Shown: piece by piece, positions 49,485 to 59,900 of the stretch | Position numbering within the stretch: position 1 is the stretch's first letter | Layout: each line of letters starts with the position of its first letter | Assembly: GCA_964527565.1 (NCBI GenBank) | Contig: CAZGOY010000001.1 | Location: 66,495-130,494 of the forward strand | DNA: 64,000 nt | Direction of reading: 5' to 3' | DNA from: an uncultured Sulfuricella sp. | Lineage (GTDB): Bacteria > Pseudomonadota > Gammaproteobacteria > Burkholderiales > Sulfuricellaceae | Notes under the pieces: generated by a model | Seen by the model: the letters and a program-made list of their open reading frames with translations, nothing else | Database searches by the model: none | Told to the model about the DNA's origin: nothing | Program-made: the position numbers and the translations under genes

Positions 49485-49624
49485 GCCCATCATGCCCGCA
49501 GCATCGCCCGTGTGCTGCTGGATACGGTTTGACCGGCGTGCCGGTGGTGAACGAGACGGGGGAGATGGTGGGCTTCATCTCGCGCGGCGACGTCCTGCCC
49601 TTCTATTCAGCGTGTTGGGAATGA
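49485..49624 (+). pseudogene. Possible remnant of a CBS-domain gene (C-terminal about 35 codons, one frameshift)
   Basis: 'IARVLLDT' then, one base out of frame, 'GLTGVPVVNETGEMVGFISRGDVL'. This reads like a CBS-pair strand-helix motif. No credible N-terminal part exists. Confidence 0.3.
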
Positions 49625-49626
49625 AA

Positions 49627-49654
49627 AAGGCAGCAACGTTGCCGTTGCTGCCTT
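49627..49654. terminator. Bidirectional rho-independent terminator between the convergent aldolase and cbbM
   Basis: Perfect 12-bp stem aaggcagcaacg / cgttgctgcctt with loop ttgc, flanked by A-run (left) and T-run (right). Confidence 0.7.
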
Positions 49655-49704
49655 TATGGACTCTCTGGCTACCATGCGGCCAGAGAGTGGGGCTGAGCGA
49701 ATTC

Positions 49705-51084
49705 TTACTTGTGCACGCCCAGCTTTTCGCGCCAGCCGGGGAAAATCCTGTCGGCATCATGCGGGAAGGACTCGAAGGCGCGGGCGAATTCCTTGTGCTG
49801 CTTGGCCCACTCGATCGGGTCGGCACCGGCCTTCCAGCACTCGTAGGACTGGCGCAGGGAGATCGCGCCGGCCGCCGGGCTGTCGATGTGGCCGAGGGCA
49901 CCGCCGCCTGCGGTGTTGATGACGTTGCCGTGGCCGAGGTTCTCGAAGAAGCCGGGCAGGCGCAACGCGTTCATGCCGCCGGAGATGATCGGCGTGGTGG
50001 CCTTCATGCCATACCATTCCTGATGGTAGTAGGGGCCGTCGGCGGAGTCGCGCTCGATCATGTAGGCGATGTTGCGGTCATCCTGCGCACCTTCCATCTT
50101 GCCGTAACCCATGGTGCCGACGTGGATGCCGGAGGCGCCCTGCAGGCGGGACATCTTGGACAGGCAGAATGCGGTGTAGCCGCGCAGCGCGGACGGCGAG
50201 GTCACGGCGCCGTGGCCGGCACGGTGGTAGTGGAGGAACTGGTTGGGATACTGGCGGCGGCAGGTGGTAACCATGCCGGGGCCGCCGACGTAGCCGTCGA
50301 CCAGAAAGGCCACCTTGTTGGCATCCGGGCCGAAGGTTTCCAGGATGTAATCGGCGCGGGCGAGCATTTCGTAATGATCGTCGGCGGTGATGTTGGCGGA
50401 GAATAGCTTGGCTTGGCCGGTCTCATCCATGGCACGCCGCATGGAATCAACCACCAGCGGGATCACTTTTTTGGTGGGGCAGAACACCTGGTTGCCTTGC
50501 GGCTCGTCGTTCTTGATGAAGTCGCCGCCCAGCCAGAATTGATAGCAGGCCTTGGCGAAGGGCTCGGGACGCAGGCCCAGCTTGGGCTTGATGATGGTAC
50601 CGGCGATGTAGCCGCCATCAACGCGTGGGCGACCGAGAATCTCCCACATGTCGGCGATGTTCATCGCCGGGCCGTCGTACTGGCGCAGAATCGAGCGCGG
50701 CACATAGAAATCGTGCATCTTCAGGCACTTGACGTCGCCCTGACCCTGGTTGTTGCCGATGCACAGAGTCAGGAACGACACCAGCATGGTACGACCGTCG
50801 ATGATGTTGCGGTCGAACAGGTCGATCGGGTAGGCGACTTTCATCACGCCCTTGGCTTCGTCGATGAAATACACCAGCGCGTCCACGCCCTTGGTGAAGT
50901 CATCGGTGGTGCATACTTCGACATTGGTGCCGGTAGAGGATTCGGCGGCGATGTGCGCGGCGACTTCCAGGTAGCCATATCCGGCGGCTGGCTGCATGTG
51001 ATAAGCGACGAGCACATGCTTGTCGCCCTTGATGAGGTCTTCTTCCTTCAGGCTTAGATCGGCATAACGATTTGATTGATCCAT
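49705..51084 (-). CDS. cbbM: RuBisCO form II
   Basis: 459 aa; '[18 protein letters not shown]', '[35 protein letters not shown]'. Confidence 0.97.
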   Translation of the reverse strand: MDQSNRYADLSLKEEDLIKGDKHVLVAYHMQPAAGYGYLEVAAHIAAESSTGTNVEVCTTDDFTKGVDALVYFIDEAKGVMKVAYPIDLFDRNIIDGRTMLVSFLTLCIGNNQGQGDVKCLKMHDFYVPRSILRQYDGPAMNIADMWEILGRPRVDGGYIAGTIIKPKLGLRPEPFAKACYQFWLGGDFIKNDEPQGNQVFCPTKKVIPLVVDSMRRAMDETGQAKLFSANITADDHYEMLARADYILETFGPDANKVAFLVDGYVGGPGMVTTCRRQYPNQFLHYHRAGHGAVTSPSALRGYTAFCLSKMSRLQGASGIHVGTMGYGKMEGAQDDRNIAYMIERDSADGPYYHQEWYGMKATTPIISGGMNALRLPGFFENLGHGNVINTAGGGALGHIDSPAAGAISLRQSYECWKAGADPIEWAKQHKEFARAFESFPHDADRIFPGWREKLGVHK

Positions 51085-51307
51085 GTTTTTTTCTCCGAGT
51101 TGGGTTAAGGGTGTTATCGCTAGCCACGTTGCCGTGGTGCATGTGTGTCACTATAAGATGCGCGAACCATAAAAAACAGTCAATGATTTTGATTGTGTGG
51201 ATAAGGTTTTAATTATGGATTTGGTGTTATGGGCTGCGGGTTGGCGCTTCACGCAACGAAGCCCAGCGTTTCGTTGTTGGGATGCGAAATTGGAGAGGCG
51301 ACAGGGA

Positions 51308-54300
51308 TTATGCGATGGCCCCTTCCACCAGCGAATACACGGAAGGCACCACCACCAGCGTCAGCAAAGTGGAGGTAATCATGCCGCCGATCACCGCCAC
51401 CGCCAGCGGGCCGTTGGTCTCCGCGCCCGCCCCCAGCCCCAGCGCGGCGGGCAGCAGCGCCAGAATCACCGTGAGCGAGGTCATTAGCACCGGACGCATG
51501 CGCACCGGGCAGGCATCGCGCAGGGCATCGTCGATATTCTTGCCCTGCTCGCGCCGCTGGTTGGTGAGATCGACCAGCAGGATGGAGTTTTTCGCCACCA
51601 GGCCGATCAGCAGCACCAGCCCGATCATCGAGTAGATGTTGAGGGTGTGGCCGGTCAGCCACAAGGCCATCACGCCGCCGATAATCGCCAGCGGTTGCGC
51701 CACCATGATAATGAGGGGCTGGATGAAGGAATTGAATTGCGAGGCCAGCACCATGTAGAGCAGCACCATTGCCAGGGTGAAGGCGAAGACCATATAGCTG
51801 ATGGTCTTGCCGAACTCCTCGGCTTGGCCGATCATCTTGACGGTATAGCCCAGCGGCAGGATGTCGGCGGCGGATTCCTTGACCTTGGCGACGGCGTCGC
51901 CGAGCGGGATGCTGGGGGAAGCATAGAAAGTGGCGGCGTATTGCAGGTCGAAGCGCCCGATGACCGCCGCGCCCAGAACCTGTTGCAAGCCGGTGACGCT
52001 ATCCAGGCGCAGCAACTTGCCGTCGCGGCTGCGCAGGTAAATCTTGTTGAGGTCGGCAAGTTCCCGGAATTCACCGTCCTTGGCTTTCAGGCGAATGTCG
52101 TAACGCTGGCCGTCGCCCGGCTCGTCGTTGTATTTGGCGACATCGACGCCGCCGGACAGCACGTTGAGCGCCAGCGCCACATCCCGGGATGACAGCCCGG
52201 CAGCGGCAATGCGCGTGCGGTCCGGGGTGAGCGAGAGTTGCGGCAGATCGAGCTGCAAATCCATGTCCATGCGCCCCAGCCCCGGCTCGACGGCAAGTTT
52301 TTGCTGCAACTGCTGCGACAGGCGCCCGACCTCTGCCAGGTTGGGGCCGCTCACCACGAATTGCAGCGGCTCGCCGCGCTGCCCGCCCACCATCGGATAG
52401 GGGCCGGCGAAAATGCGCGCGCCGCTGATCTGGGAAAACTCCTTGCGCAAGGCAGCAATGGCTTCCTGCTGCGAAACGGTGCGTTCGCCGCGCGGCAGCA
52501 TGCGCGCCACCACCAGCGCCTGATTCACCTGCCCCGCGCGCCCCAGGCCGATCAGCGCGAACTCGGTGGCGATTTCCTTGTGCCGGAACATGATTTCTTC
52601 AACCTGTCGCAAGCGGCTGTCGGTGTAATCGATGCTCGAACCCAGCGGGGTGCGGATGTTCACCAGAAAGCGGCCCTCATCCTCCTCCGGCACAAAGGTT
52701 TTGCCGACGTTGGCGAAAAAGAAACTGCTTGCCGCCACCGCCGCCAGCGTCATCGCCACGACTTTCCAGCGGTGCAGGAGCGCCTTGCCGAGCAGGTAAC
52801 GGTAAAGGTTGTCCATGCCGCCAAAGAAACGGTCAAGGGCGTAATAAACCCTGCCGTGCTGCTTGTCGACCTTGAGATAGCGCGAGCACAGCATGGGCGT
52901 GAGGGTGAGCGAGACGAACAGCGACACCAGCACGCCAAAGGTCACCACCACGGCAAAGGACTTGAAGAACTGGCCGATGATGCCGCCGAGAAAGATCACC
53001 GGGGCAAAAATCGACACCAGGGAAAGGGTGGCGGCAATCACCGCGAACACCACTTCACGGCTACCGTTGACCGCCGCCGCAACCGGGTCGGGGTCGATTT
53101 CCTCGCGGTGGCGGAAAATGTTCTCCAGCACCACGATGGCGTCATCCACCACCACGCCGATCAGGAGCAGCAGCGCCAGCATGGTCAGCGAGTTGAGCGT
53201 GAAGCCGGCAAAATAGATCACCGCCACCGCGCCCAGCAGCGATACGGGAATCGCGGTGGCGATAATCAGCGTGGAACGCACGCTGCGCAAAAACAGCCAA
53301 ACGATCAACGAGGCCAGCAGGGTGCCCTCGATCAGGTGCTCCTTCAGCGAATCGACGATTTCCTGGATGAACACCGCATCGTTGGAAACCACGTCCAGCG
53401 TCATGCCGGGCGGCAATTGCGGAATGACCTCGGTTTCCAGGCGCGCCTTCACCGCGTCGATGATCGCCACGGTATTGGTGTTGGCCACCTTGACGATGCC
53501 CAGCCCCACGGTGGTTTTGCCCATGAAACGGGCCAGCTGGCGGTAATCGGCGAGCCCGTCCTCGACTTCGGCGACCTGCTTGAGCCGCACCGGCGCCCCG
53601 TCGCGCCAGGCCACGATCATGTTCTCCAGATCGGTGAGGCGGTGGAATTCGAGGTCGAGCTTGATCAGGTTTTCGGTCTTTTCCCCCACCAGGAAACCGC
53701 CGGGCATCTGCACGTGCTCGCTGGCAAAGGCAGCCAGCAGGTCTTGCGCGGTAACCTGGTGCGCAGCCATGCGGGTCGGCAGCAGGTTGACGCGTATGGT
53801 GCGGTCGCGCCGTCCGCCCAGGCGCACCTCACCCACGCCATCGATGGTTTCCAGGCGTTTTTTGACCACGTTGAGCGCATACTGGTTGAGTTGCTGCTGG
53901 GTGCGGTCGCCGCGCAGCGACAGCCACATGATGGGCATGGTGTTGGTTTCCACCTTGGAAACCACCGGCGGGTCTGCTTCGTCAGGCAGGGCGCGCAGCA
54001 CCTGATTGACCTTGGCCTGCACTTCGTTGAAAGCAATATCGACCTTCTTGTCCAGCTTGAAGGTGATGTTGATGACCGACACGCCGGGCGAGGAAGTCGA
54101 CTGGATATGCTCGATGCCCGGCACGCTGTTGATCGAGGTTTCCAGCACGTTGGTCACGCTGGAATCGACAATGTCCGGGTTGGCCCCCTTCAGGGTAGTG
54201 GAAATCGAGATCACCGGAAATTCGATATGGGGAAAGCGGTCCATGCCGATGCGCTGGTAGCTGATGAAGCCGAACAGCACCAGCACGGCCGACATCATGA

Positions 54301-54343
54301 ACGCCAGCACGTGGCGCTTGATGGAAAGTTCCGGCAAGGTCAT
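51308..54343 (-). CDS. RND efflux transporter permease (AcrB/HAE1-like)
   Basis: 1011 aa, 12-TM plus two large loops architecture; N-terminus 'LSIKRHVLAFMMSAVLVLFG'. Confidence 0.95.
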   Translation of the reverse strand: MTLPELSIKRHVLAFMMSAVLVLFGFISYQRIGMDRFPHIEFPVISISTTLKGANPDIVDSSVTNVLETSINSVPGIEHIQSTSSPGVSVINITFKLDKKVDIAFNEVQAKVNQVLRALPDEADPPVVSKVETNTMPIMWLSLRGDRTQQQLNQYALNVVKKRLETIDGVGEVRLGGRRDRTIRVNLLPTRMAAHQVTAQDLLAAFASEHVQMPGGFLVGEKTENLIKLDLEFHRLTDLENMIVAWRDGAPVRLKQVAEVEDGLADYRQLARFMGKTTVGLGIVKVANTNTVAIIDAVKARLETEVIPQLPPGMTLDVVSNDAVFIQEIVDSLKEHLIEGTLLASLIVWLFLRSVRSTLIIATAIPVSLLGAVAVIYFAGFTLNSLTMLALLLLIGVVVDDAIVVLENIFRHREEIDPDPVAAAVNGSREVVFAVIAATLSLVSIFAPVIFLGGIIGQFFKSFAVVVTFGVLVSLFVSLTLTPMLCSRYLKVDKQHGRVYYALDRFFGGMDNLYRYLLGKALLHRWKVVAMTLAAVAASSFFFANVGKTFVPEEDEGRFLVNIRTPLGSSIDYTDSRLRQVEEIMFRHKEIATEFALIGLGRAGQVNQALVVARMLPRGERTVSQQEAIAALRKEFSQISGARIFAGPYPMVGGQRGEPLQFVVSGPNLAEVGRLSQQLQQKLAVEPGLGRMDMDLQLDLPQLSLTPDRTRIAAAGLSSRDVALALNVLSGGVDVAKYNDEPGDGQRYDIRLKAKDGEFRELADLNKIYLRSRDGKLLRLDSVTGLQQVLGAAVIGRFDLQYAATFYASPSIPLGDAVAKVKESAADILPLGYTVKMIGQAEEFGKTISYMVFAFTLAMVLLYMVLASQFNSFIQPLIIMVAQPLAIIGGVMALWLTGHTLNIYSMIGLVLLIGLVAKNSILLVDLTNQRREQGKNIDDALRDACPVRMRPVLMTSLTVILALLPAALGLGAGAETNGPLAVAVIGGMITSTLLTLVVVPSVYSLVEGAIA

Positions 54344-54355
54344 GGCGGCTTCCCC

Positions 54356-55459
54356 TTACTCGGACTTTTGCGCGAGCGGCATTTTCACCGTAACCGCCGC
54401 CTGGTCGCTAAGAAAGCCGGCGCCGTCCAGCGCCACAGTTTCGCCCGCCGCAATACCTTCCAGGATTTCCACCTGCCCGTCCGCGCGTGCGCCGGTTTTG
54501 ACGATGTGCTGTATCGCCTTGCCATCCGCCACCCGATATACCACCGCCCCGGCGGGGCGCAGCACCACGCTGACTTCCGGCACCGTGATCGCGCCCCGGC
54601 GGGTTTCCACCACGACGCCGCCATCCACCGACGCACCCGGCTTCCAGTCGCCGGGGTTTTTCACCTCGACGATGGCGTCGAAGGTCCGGCTGCCGCTGCC
54701 GACCTGCGGACGCAGTTGCGCGATGACGCCTTCCACTGCGCGCCCCGGCGCGGTGGGCGTGGTCAGTAAAACCTTTTGACCGGACCGGATGCGCGCGGCG
54801 ACGTTTTCCGGAAACGGCAGGCGCACGCGCAACGCGGTGCTGGTGGTGATCTGGAACACCGGCTTGCCCAATTCTATCCAGTCACCCGCAGAGGCCATGC
54901 GCTGGTCGATGCGTCCGGAAACCGGCGCGAGCACGCGGGTGCGGCGCAAATTGCGCTCGGCCCGCTCCAGTTGGGCGCGGGCGGCGGTCAGCTGTTCGGC
55001 AAGCGCGGCGTGCTGAGATTCGGTTTCTTCCATCTTCAGCGGCGAAATGAAGGCCTTTTTCACCAGTTCACGGTAGCGCGCCACCAAACGCGCCTGGTTG
55101 GCCAGCAGCGCTTCCAGGCGCATCGCCTCGGCCTGCGCCCCCTGTTTTGCCATCTGGTAATCCCCGGCCTCGATTTCGGCCAGCACCTGTCCGGCCCGCA
55201 CCGCGTCGCCCACATCCGCGTGCAGGCGGGTAATGCGCCCGCCCACCTCCGCCGCCACCCTCGGCGCGGAGGCGCTGTCAACCTCGCCCAGCGCGCGCTC
55301 GATCACCGGCACATCGCGCGTCTGCGCCTGGGTAACAGTGATGATCGCCGACGGCGGAGCGGACGGTTTCTTTTCCTCGCTCTTGTTGCCGCAAGCGCTT
55401 AACAGCGCTGCGCTCAACAACACCATCAACCAGGTGGAGAGGGGCAGGGTTTCCTTCAT
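54356..55459 (-). CDS. RND efflux periplasmic adaptor (membrane fusion protein), lipoprotein
   Basis: The internal ATG at 55459 gives 'MKETLPLSTWLMVLLSAALLSACGN' (lipobox), followed by coiled-coil hairpin and beta-barrel regions. The upstream part of the 601-aa ORF overlaps the TetR gene and is discounted. Confidence 0.9.
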   Translation of the reverse strand: MKETLPLSTWLMVLLSAALLSACGNKSEEKKPSAPPSAIITVTQAQTRDVPVIERALGEVDSASAPRVAAEVGGRITRLHADVGDAVRAGQVLAEIEAGDYQMAKQGAQAEAMRLEALLANQARLVARYRELVKKAFISPLKMEETESQHAALAEQLTAARAQLERAERNLRRTRVLAPVSGRIDQRMASAGDWIELGKPVFQITTSTALRVRLPFPENVAARIRSGQKVLLTTPTAPGRAVEGVIAQLRPQVGSGSRTFDAIVEVKNPGDWKPGASVDGGVVVETRRGAITVPEVSVVLRPAGAVVYRVADGKAIQHIVKTGARADGQVEILEGIAAGETVALDGAGFLSDQAAVTVKMPLAQKSE

Positions 55460-56139
55460 GATGTCGTACCGGGTGAAAAGGGTTTCGGGGTGATGCCGTG
55501 CAGCAGGATGTCTACCAGTTGGCCGCTGTAGGCCGTCGGGTCGGCGGATAGATGCTGCATGTCGGGCAAATGGCGCGACACTTCGCGCGACTGGAAAAAG
55601 AACAGGTTGGCGGCAATGAACAGCGTCGCCACCATGCCGGGATCCATATCGGCGCGCAATTCGCCGCGTTCCTGTTCGCCACGCATAATCGCCACCAGGC
55701 GCGCAAAACTGTCGCCGAACACCTGTTCCGCCAGCTCCCGGCTGCGTTGCGGATCGTTGCGGAGGATTTCGCGCTGGATCAGGCGGGCGGTCTGTTGGTG
55801 TGCCAACAGGTGCGCCAAATGCGCGCGCGCGAAATGATGGAGGCGCTCGGCAAAGCTGCCGGCAGCGTTTTCCAGGCTGTCCATGAGCGGGCTGGAACGC
55901 CGACAGGCCTGCTGCATCACCGCCAGGTAGAGCGCATTTTTTGAATTGAAATGGTGGAAGACGTTGGCCTTGCTCACCCCAGCCAGTTCCGCCACGGCGT
56001 TCATTGACACCGCGTCGAAGCCGGAATCGGCAAAGAGCCTTTCCGCCGCGGCAAGGATACGTTCGGCAGCGTCGCCGGGTAAAACCGGTGCCGCTGCGGA
56101 TTCGGTGGGAAACGGCATGCCTTCTCCATTCCGTGGCAA
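55456..56139 (-). CDS. TetR/AcrR-family repressor of the efflux operon
   Basis: HTH 'AVSMNAVAELAGVSKANVFHHFNSKNALY'. Its stop overlaps the adaptor start. An alternative ATG lies at 56118. Confidence 0.9.
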   Translation of the reverse strand: MPRNGEGMPFPTESAAAPVLPGDAAERILAAAERLFADSGFDAVSMNAVAELAGVSKANVFHHFNSKNALYLAVMQQACRRSSPLMDSLENAAGSFAERLHHFARAHLAHLLAHQQTARLIQREILRNDPQRSRELAEQVFGDSFARLVAIMRGEQERGELRADMDPGMVATLFIAANLFFFQSREVSRHLPDMQHLSADPTAYSGQLVDILLHGITPKPFSPGTTS

Positions 56140-56159
56140 GAAACGAAGGCCAAGATAGC

Positions 56160-56177
56160 ACTGACCGACCGGTCAGT
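56160..56177. promoter_or_regulatory. Candidate TetR operator
   Basis: Perfect 18-bp palindrome ACTGACCG-AC-CGGTCAGT, 21 bp upstream of the TetR ORF start. Confidence 0.5.
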
Positions 56178-56200
56178 CAACGGCGCCGCCACGGCGGTTT

Positions 56201-56938
56201 CTAACGGCCCAGTTCCTTCACCACGTGCTGCTGGCGGCGACTGACCGGCAGGGTTTCTTTCACGTCGTGCAGGCGCACCGTCCAGCCGCCGTCCGCGTCC
56301 TTCTCAAAACCGGCGATGGCATCGCGCGCCACCAGGCAGTTGCGGTGGATGCGCACGAAGCGGGCGGCAAATTCCTGCTCCAGGTGGCTCAGCGATTCCT
56401 CCAGCAGGTATTCGCGCTGCGCGGTGCGCGCGGCGACGTATTTGAGGTCGGCGCGCAGATAGAGTATCTCCGCTAGCGGAATCAGGGTGATCCTGCCGCG
56501 CTCGCTCACGCTCAGGTGGAGGCGCGCCTCATGGGCAGCGGCGCGCAAGGCGCCGGCGCGCGGCATGGCGGCCTTGCGCAGGGCGGCCAGCAGGCGTTCG
56601 GCGCGCACCGGCTTGAGCAGGTAGTCGATGGCGTTGACCTCGAAGGCCTGGATGGCGTAACTGTCGTAGGCGGTGGTAAAGATCACGGCGGGCGGGCGCT
56701 CCAGCCCGAGCAGGTGCCGCGCGGTTTCCAGCCCGTCCATTTCCGGCATGCGGATGTCCAGCAGCATCACGTCCAGCGCTTGTTCCTGGGCGAAGGCCAG
56801 AGCCTCGCGCCCGTTGGCGGCTTCACCGATGATGGCGAGCGGCAGTTCGCCGGCGCAGTCGTCAAGCAGGTCGCGCAGGCGGCGGCGCGCCGGGGCTTCG
56901 TCGTCAACGATGAGGATGCGCAGCGGCGGGGCGCTCAT
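56201..56938 (-). CDS. LytR/AlgR-family response regulator (REC + LytTR DNA-binding domain)
   Basis: 'ILIVDDEAPARRRL', 'DVMLLDIRMPEMDG', C-terminal 'FVRIHRNCLV'. No sensor kinase is adjacent. Confidence 0.9.
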   Translation of the reverse strand: MSAPPLRILIVDDEAPARRRLRDLLDDCAGELPLAIIGEAANGREALAFAQEQALDVMLLDIRMPEMDGLETARHLLGLERPPAVIFTTAYDSYAIQAFEVNAIDYLLKPVRAERLLAALRKAAMPRAGALRAAAHEARLHLSVSERGRITLIPLAEILYLRADLKYVAARTAQREYLLEESLSHLEQEFAARFVRIHRNCLVARDAIAGFEKDADGGWTVRLHDVKETLPVSRRQQHVVKELGR

Positions 56939-59900
56939 GGCGTATACCCAACCGCCAGCTCATTGGCAATCATCTCCGCCTGCTTCAACACCGTTTCCGT
57001 GGCGAGCAATTGCATGTCGGGCGGATAGCCGAATTGGCGCAAGGTGCGCTTCACGATTACTTTCAGTTTGGCTTTCACGCTTTCCTTGATCGTCCAGTCT
57101 ATCGAGGCATTTTCACGAACCCGTTGCGTCAGAACTACGGCCAGTTCGCGCAACTGCTCGTGTTGCATCAGTTCGCGGGCGCTCTGGTTATTGGCGACCG
57201 CCGTGTAGAACGCATATTCAAAATCGCTCAGACCCATGTGCCGGGCTTCATCGTCGGAAGCGACGATTTCCTTGCTGATGCGGATCAGCTCTTCCATGAC
57301 CTCGGCAGCGGTCAGAATTTTGTTGTGGTATTTTTTGATGGCGTTTTCCAGCATTTCCATCAAAGACCGGCTCTGCACCAGATTCTTTCTGGCGCGCGCT
57401 TTCAGTTCGTCGTTGAGCAGTTTTTTCAGCACTTCCAGCGCCACGTTCTTGTGCTCGTAACCTTTCAGTTCAGCCAGAAACTCATCGGACAGGATGGAAA
57501 TATCCGGCTTCCTGATGCCCGCCGCGTCGAAAATGTCGATGACCTGCTCAGACACCAGCGCCTTGTCGATCACCTGGCGGATGGTGGTTTCGATTTCTTC
57601 ATTGCTGCGCCCTTCGCCCGTGGCGTCGAACTTGGCCAGCTGGGCTTTCACCGCCTGGAAGAAGCCCACTTCATCGCGGGCATCCATCGCCTGCTCGTGG
57701 GGCACGGCGATGGCGAAAGCCTGGGATAGCGCCGTCACCTCGTCGATGAAGCGCTTTCTGCCATTCTCCAGGCCGAGGATGTGTTCTTCCGCCGCCAGGA
57801 TCAGCGACAATTTCTGGGCGGTATCCGCCTCGAAATAGTTTTCGTAGGCGAAGCCGTGGAACAGGGCGGACACCACTTCGAGCTTTTCCAGCATCAGGCT
57901 GACCGCCTGTTCCTGCGCCAGTGTCGGATCACCCTTGCCGCCCGCGTCGGAATAGAACGACAGCGCTTCCTTGAGGTCGGCGGCGATGCCCAGATAATCC
58001 ACCACCAGGCCGCCGGGTTTGTCCTTGTGAACCCGGTTCACCCGTGCAATCGCCTGCATCAGGTTGTGGCCCTTCATCGGCTTGTCGATGTAGAGCGTGT
58101 GCATACTCGGCGCATCGAAACCGGTCAGCCACATATCGCGCACGATCACCAGCTTGAGCGGGTCGTCGTCATCCTTCATGCGCTCGGCAAGCCAGCGGCG
58201 CTGTTCCTTGGTGGTGTGGTGCTTGGCCAGCAGCGGGCCGTCGCTGCTCGCGGCGGTCATCACCACCTTGATTGCGCCCTTGTTCAAATCGTCCGAATGC
58301 CATTCCGGTTTGATCTTGACGATTTCTTCATACAATTCCGCCGCGATGCGCCGCGACATGCTCACCACCATGCCCTTGCCGGAAAACACTTCCTGCCGCG
58401 CCTCGAAATGGCTGACGATATCCTGTGCGATATTGCGGATACGCCGCTCGCTGCCGATCAGCGCTTCCATTTTCGTCCATTTGACCTTGGCTTTCTGGGT
58501 TTCGGTCAACTCGTCTTGATCCAGTTCCTCGTCCAGTTCGGCAATTAGCTTCTTGCCTTCGTCGCTCAAGCCCACCCTGGCCAAACGGCTCTCGTAATAA
58601 ATCCGCACCGTCGCGCCATCTTCCACCGCCTGGGCGATGTCGTAGATGTCCACGTAGTTGCCGAACACCGCCGGGGTGTTCACGTCGGTTTTTTCAATCG
58701 GGGTGCCGGTAAATCCCAGATAAGTCGCGCTCGGCAAAGCATCACGCAGGTATTTGGCAAAGCCGTACACCACTTTTTTGCCGATCACCTCGCCGCTGGC
58801 GTCTTTCTCATCCACGGTTTTGGCGCTAAAGCCGTACTGGGTGCGGTGTGCCTCATCGACAATCACCACGATGTTGTGCCGGTCGGACAACTGCTCATAA
58901 ACATTGCCCGTCTCGGGCTGGAATTTCTGGATGGTGGAAAAAACCACCCCGCCGGAAGCCACCTTCAGCAGTTCCTTCAACTGCTCGCGGCTCTCCGCCT
59001 GCACCGGCTCCTGGCGCAGCAACTGGCGGGAAGCCGCAAAGGTATCGAACAACTGGTCGTCCAGGTCGTTGCGGTCGGTAATCACCAGCACCGTGGGGTT
59101 GTTCATCGCCAGCACGATCTTGCCGGTGTAAAACACCATCGACAGCGATTTGCCCGATCCCTGGGTATGCCACACCACGTCGGCCTTCCGGTCGCCCTTG
59201 GGCTGCTGCGCCACGCCGGGCAGGCCGTAGCTGGCCGGGGTTTGTTTCACCCCCAGCGGCTCGCTCATGTCCGCCGCCCGCAGGGTGGAGGCCACCGCCG
59301 CATTCACCGCGTAATACTGGTGATAGGCCGCCAGCTTTTTAACCGTGACGATGCTGACGATACCGGTCTTGGCGTCTTCCTTGCGGCACTTTTCAAAGAC
59401 GAGAAAAAAGCGCAACAAATCCAGCAGCGTGGCCTTGTTGAGCATCCCGACGATCAATGTCTCCAACTGGCTGACCAGGTGCGAGGCTTCCGCCTTGCCG
59501 TCCGCGCTTTTCCAGGCCATGAAGCGCGACAGGCCGGACGACAGGGTGCCCGCCCGAGCTTCCAGGCCATCGGAAATCACCGTAAAGGCATTCGCTGTAA
59601 ACAGGCTGGGAATGGCCTGTTTATAGGTTTCCAGTTGCCGGTATGCGGCCTTGATGGTGGCGTTCTCGTCGCTGGCGTTTTTCAGCTCGATCACCACCAG
59701 CGGCATGCCGTTGACGAACAGCACCAGATCGGGGCGCTTGTTCTGGTGGTTCTCTATCACCGTGAACTGGTTGATTACCAGAAACTCATTATTCTCCGGG
59801 CGGGCGAAGTCGAGCAGCCACACCAGTTCGCCGCGATCAAAGCCATCCTGCTGGCGGCTCACTTTCACCCCTTCGGTGAGCAGGCGGTGAAAAGCCTCGT

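Noticed and set aside
49429-50406. 325-aa plus-strand ORF overlapping the 3' half of cbbM
   Set aside because: It lies antisense to form II RuBisCO and runs straight through a strong terminator hairpin. Only its first few dozen nucleotides may derive from a decayed CBS-type gene, which is reported separately.
52238-54769. 843-aa ORF antisense to the RND pump and adaptor
   Set aside because: It crosses the gene boundary of two well-supported minus-strand genes and is His/Arg/Gly-rich with no motifs.
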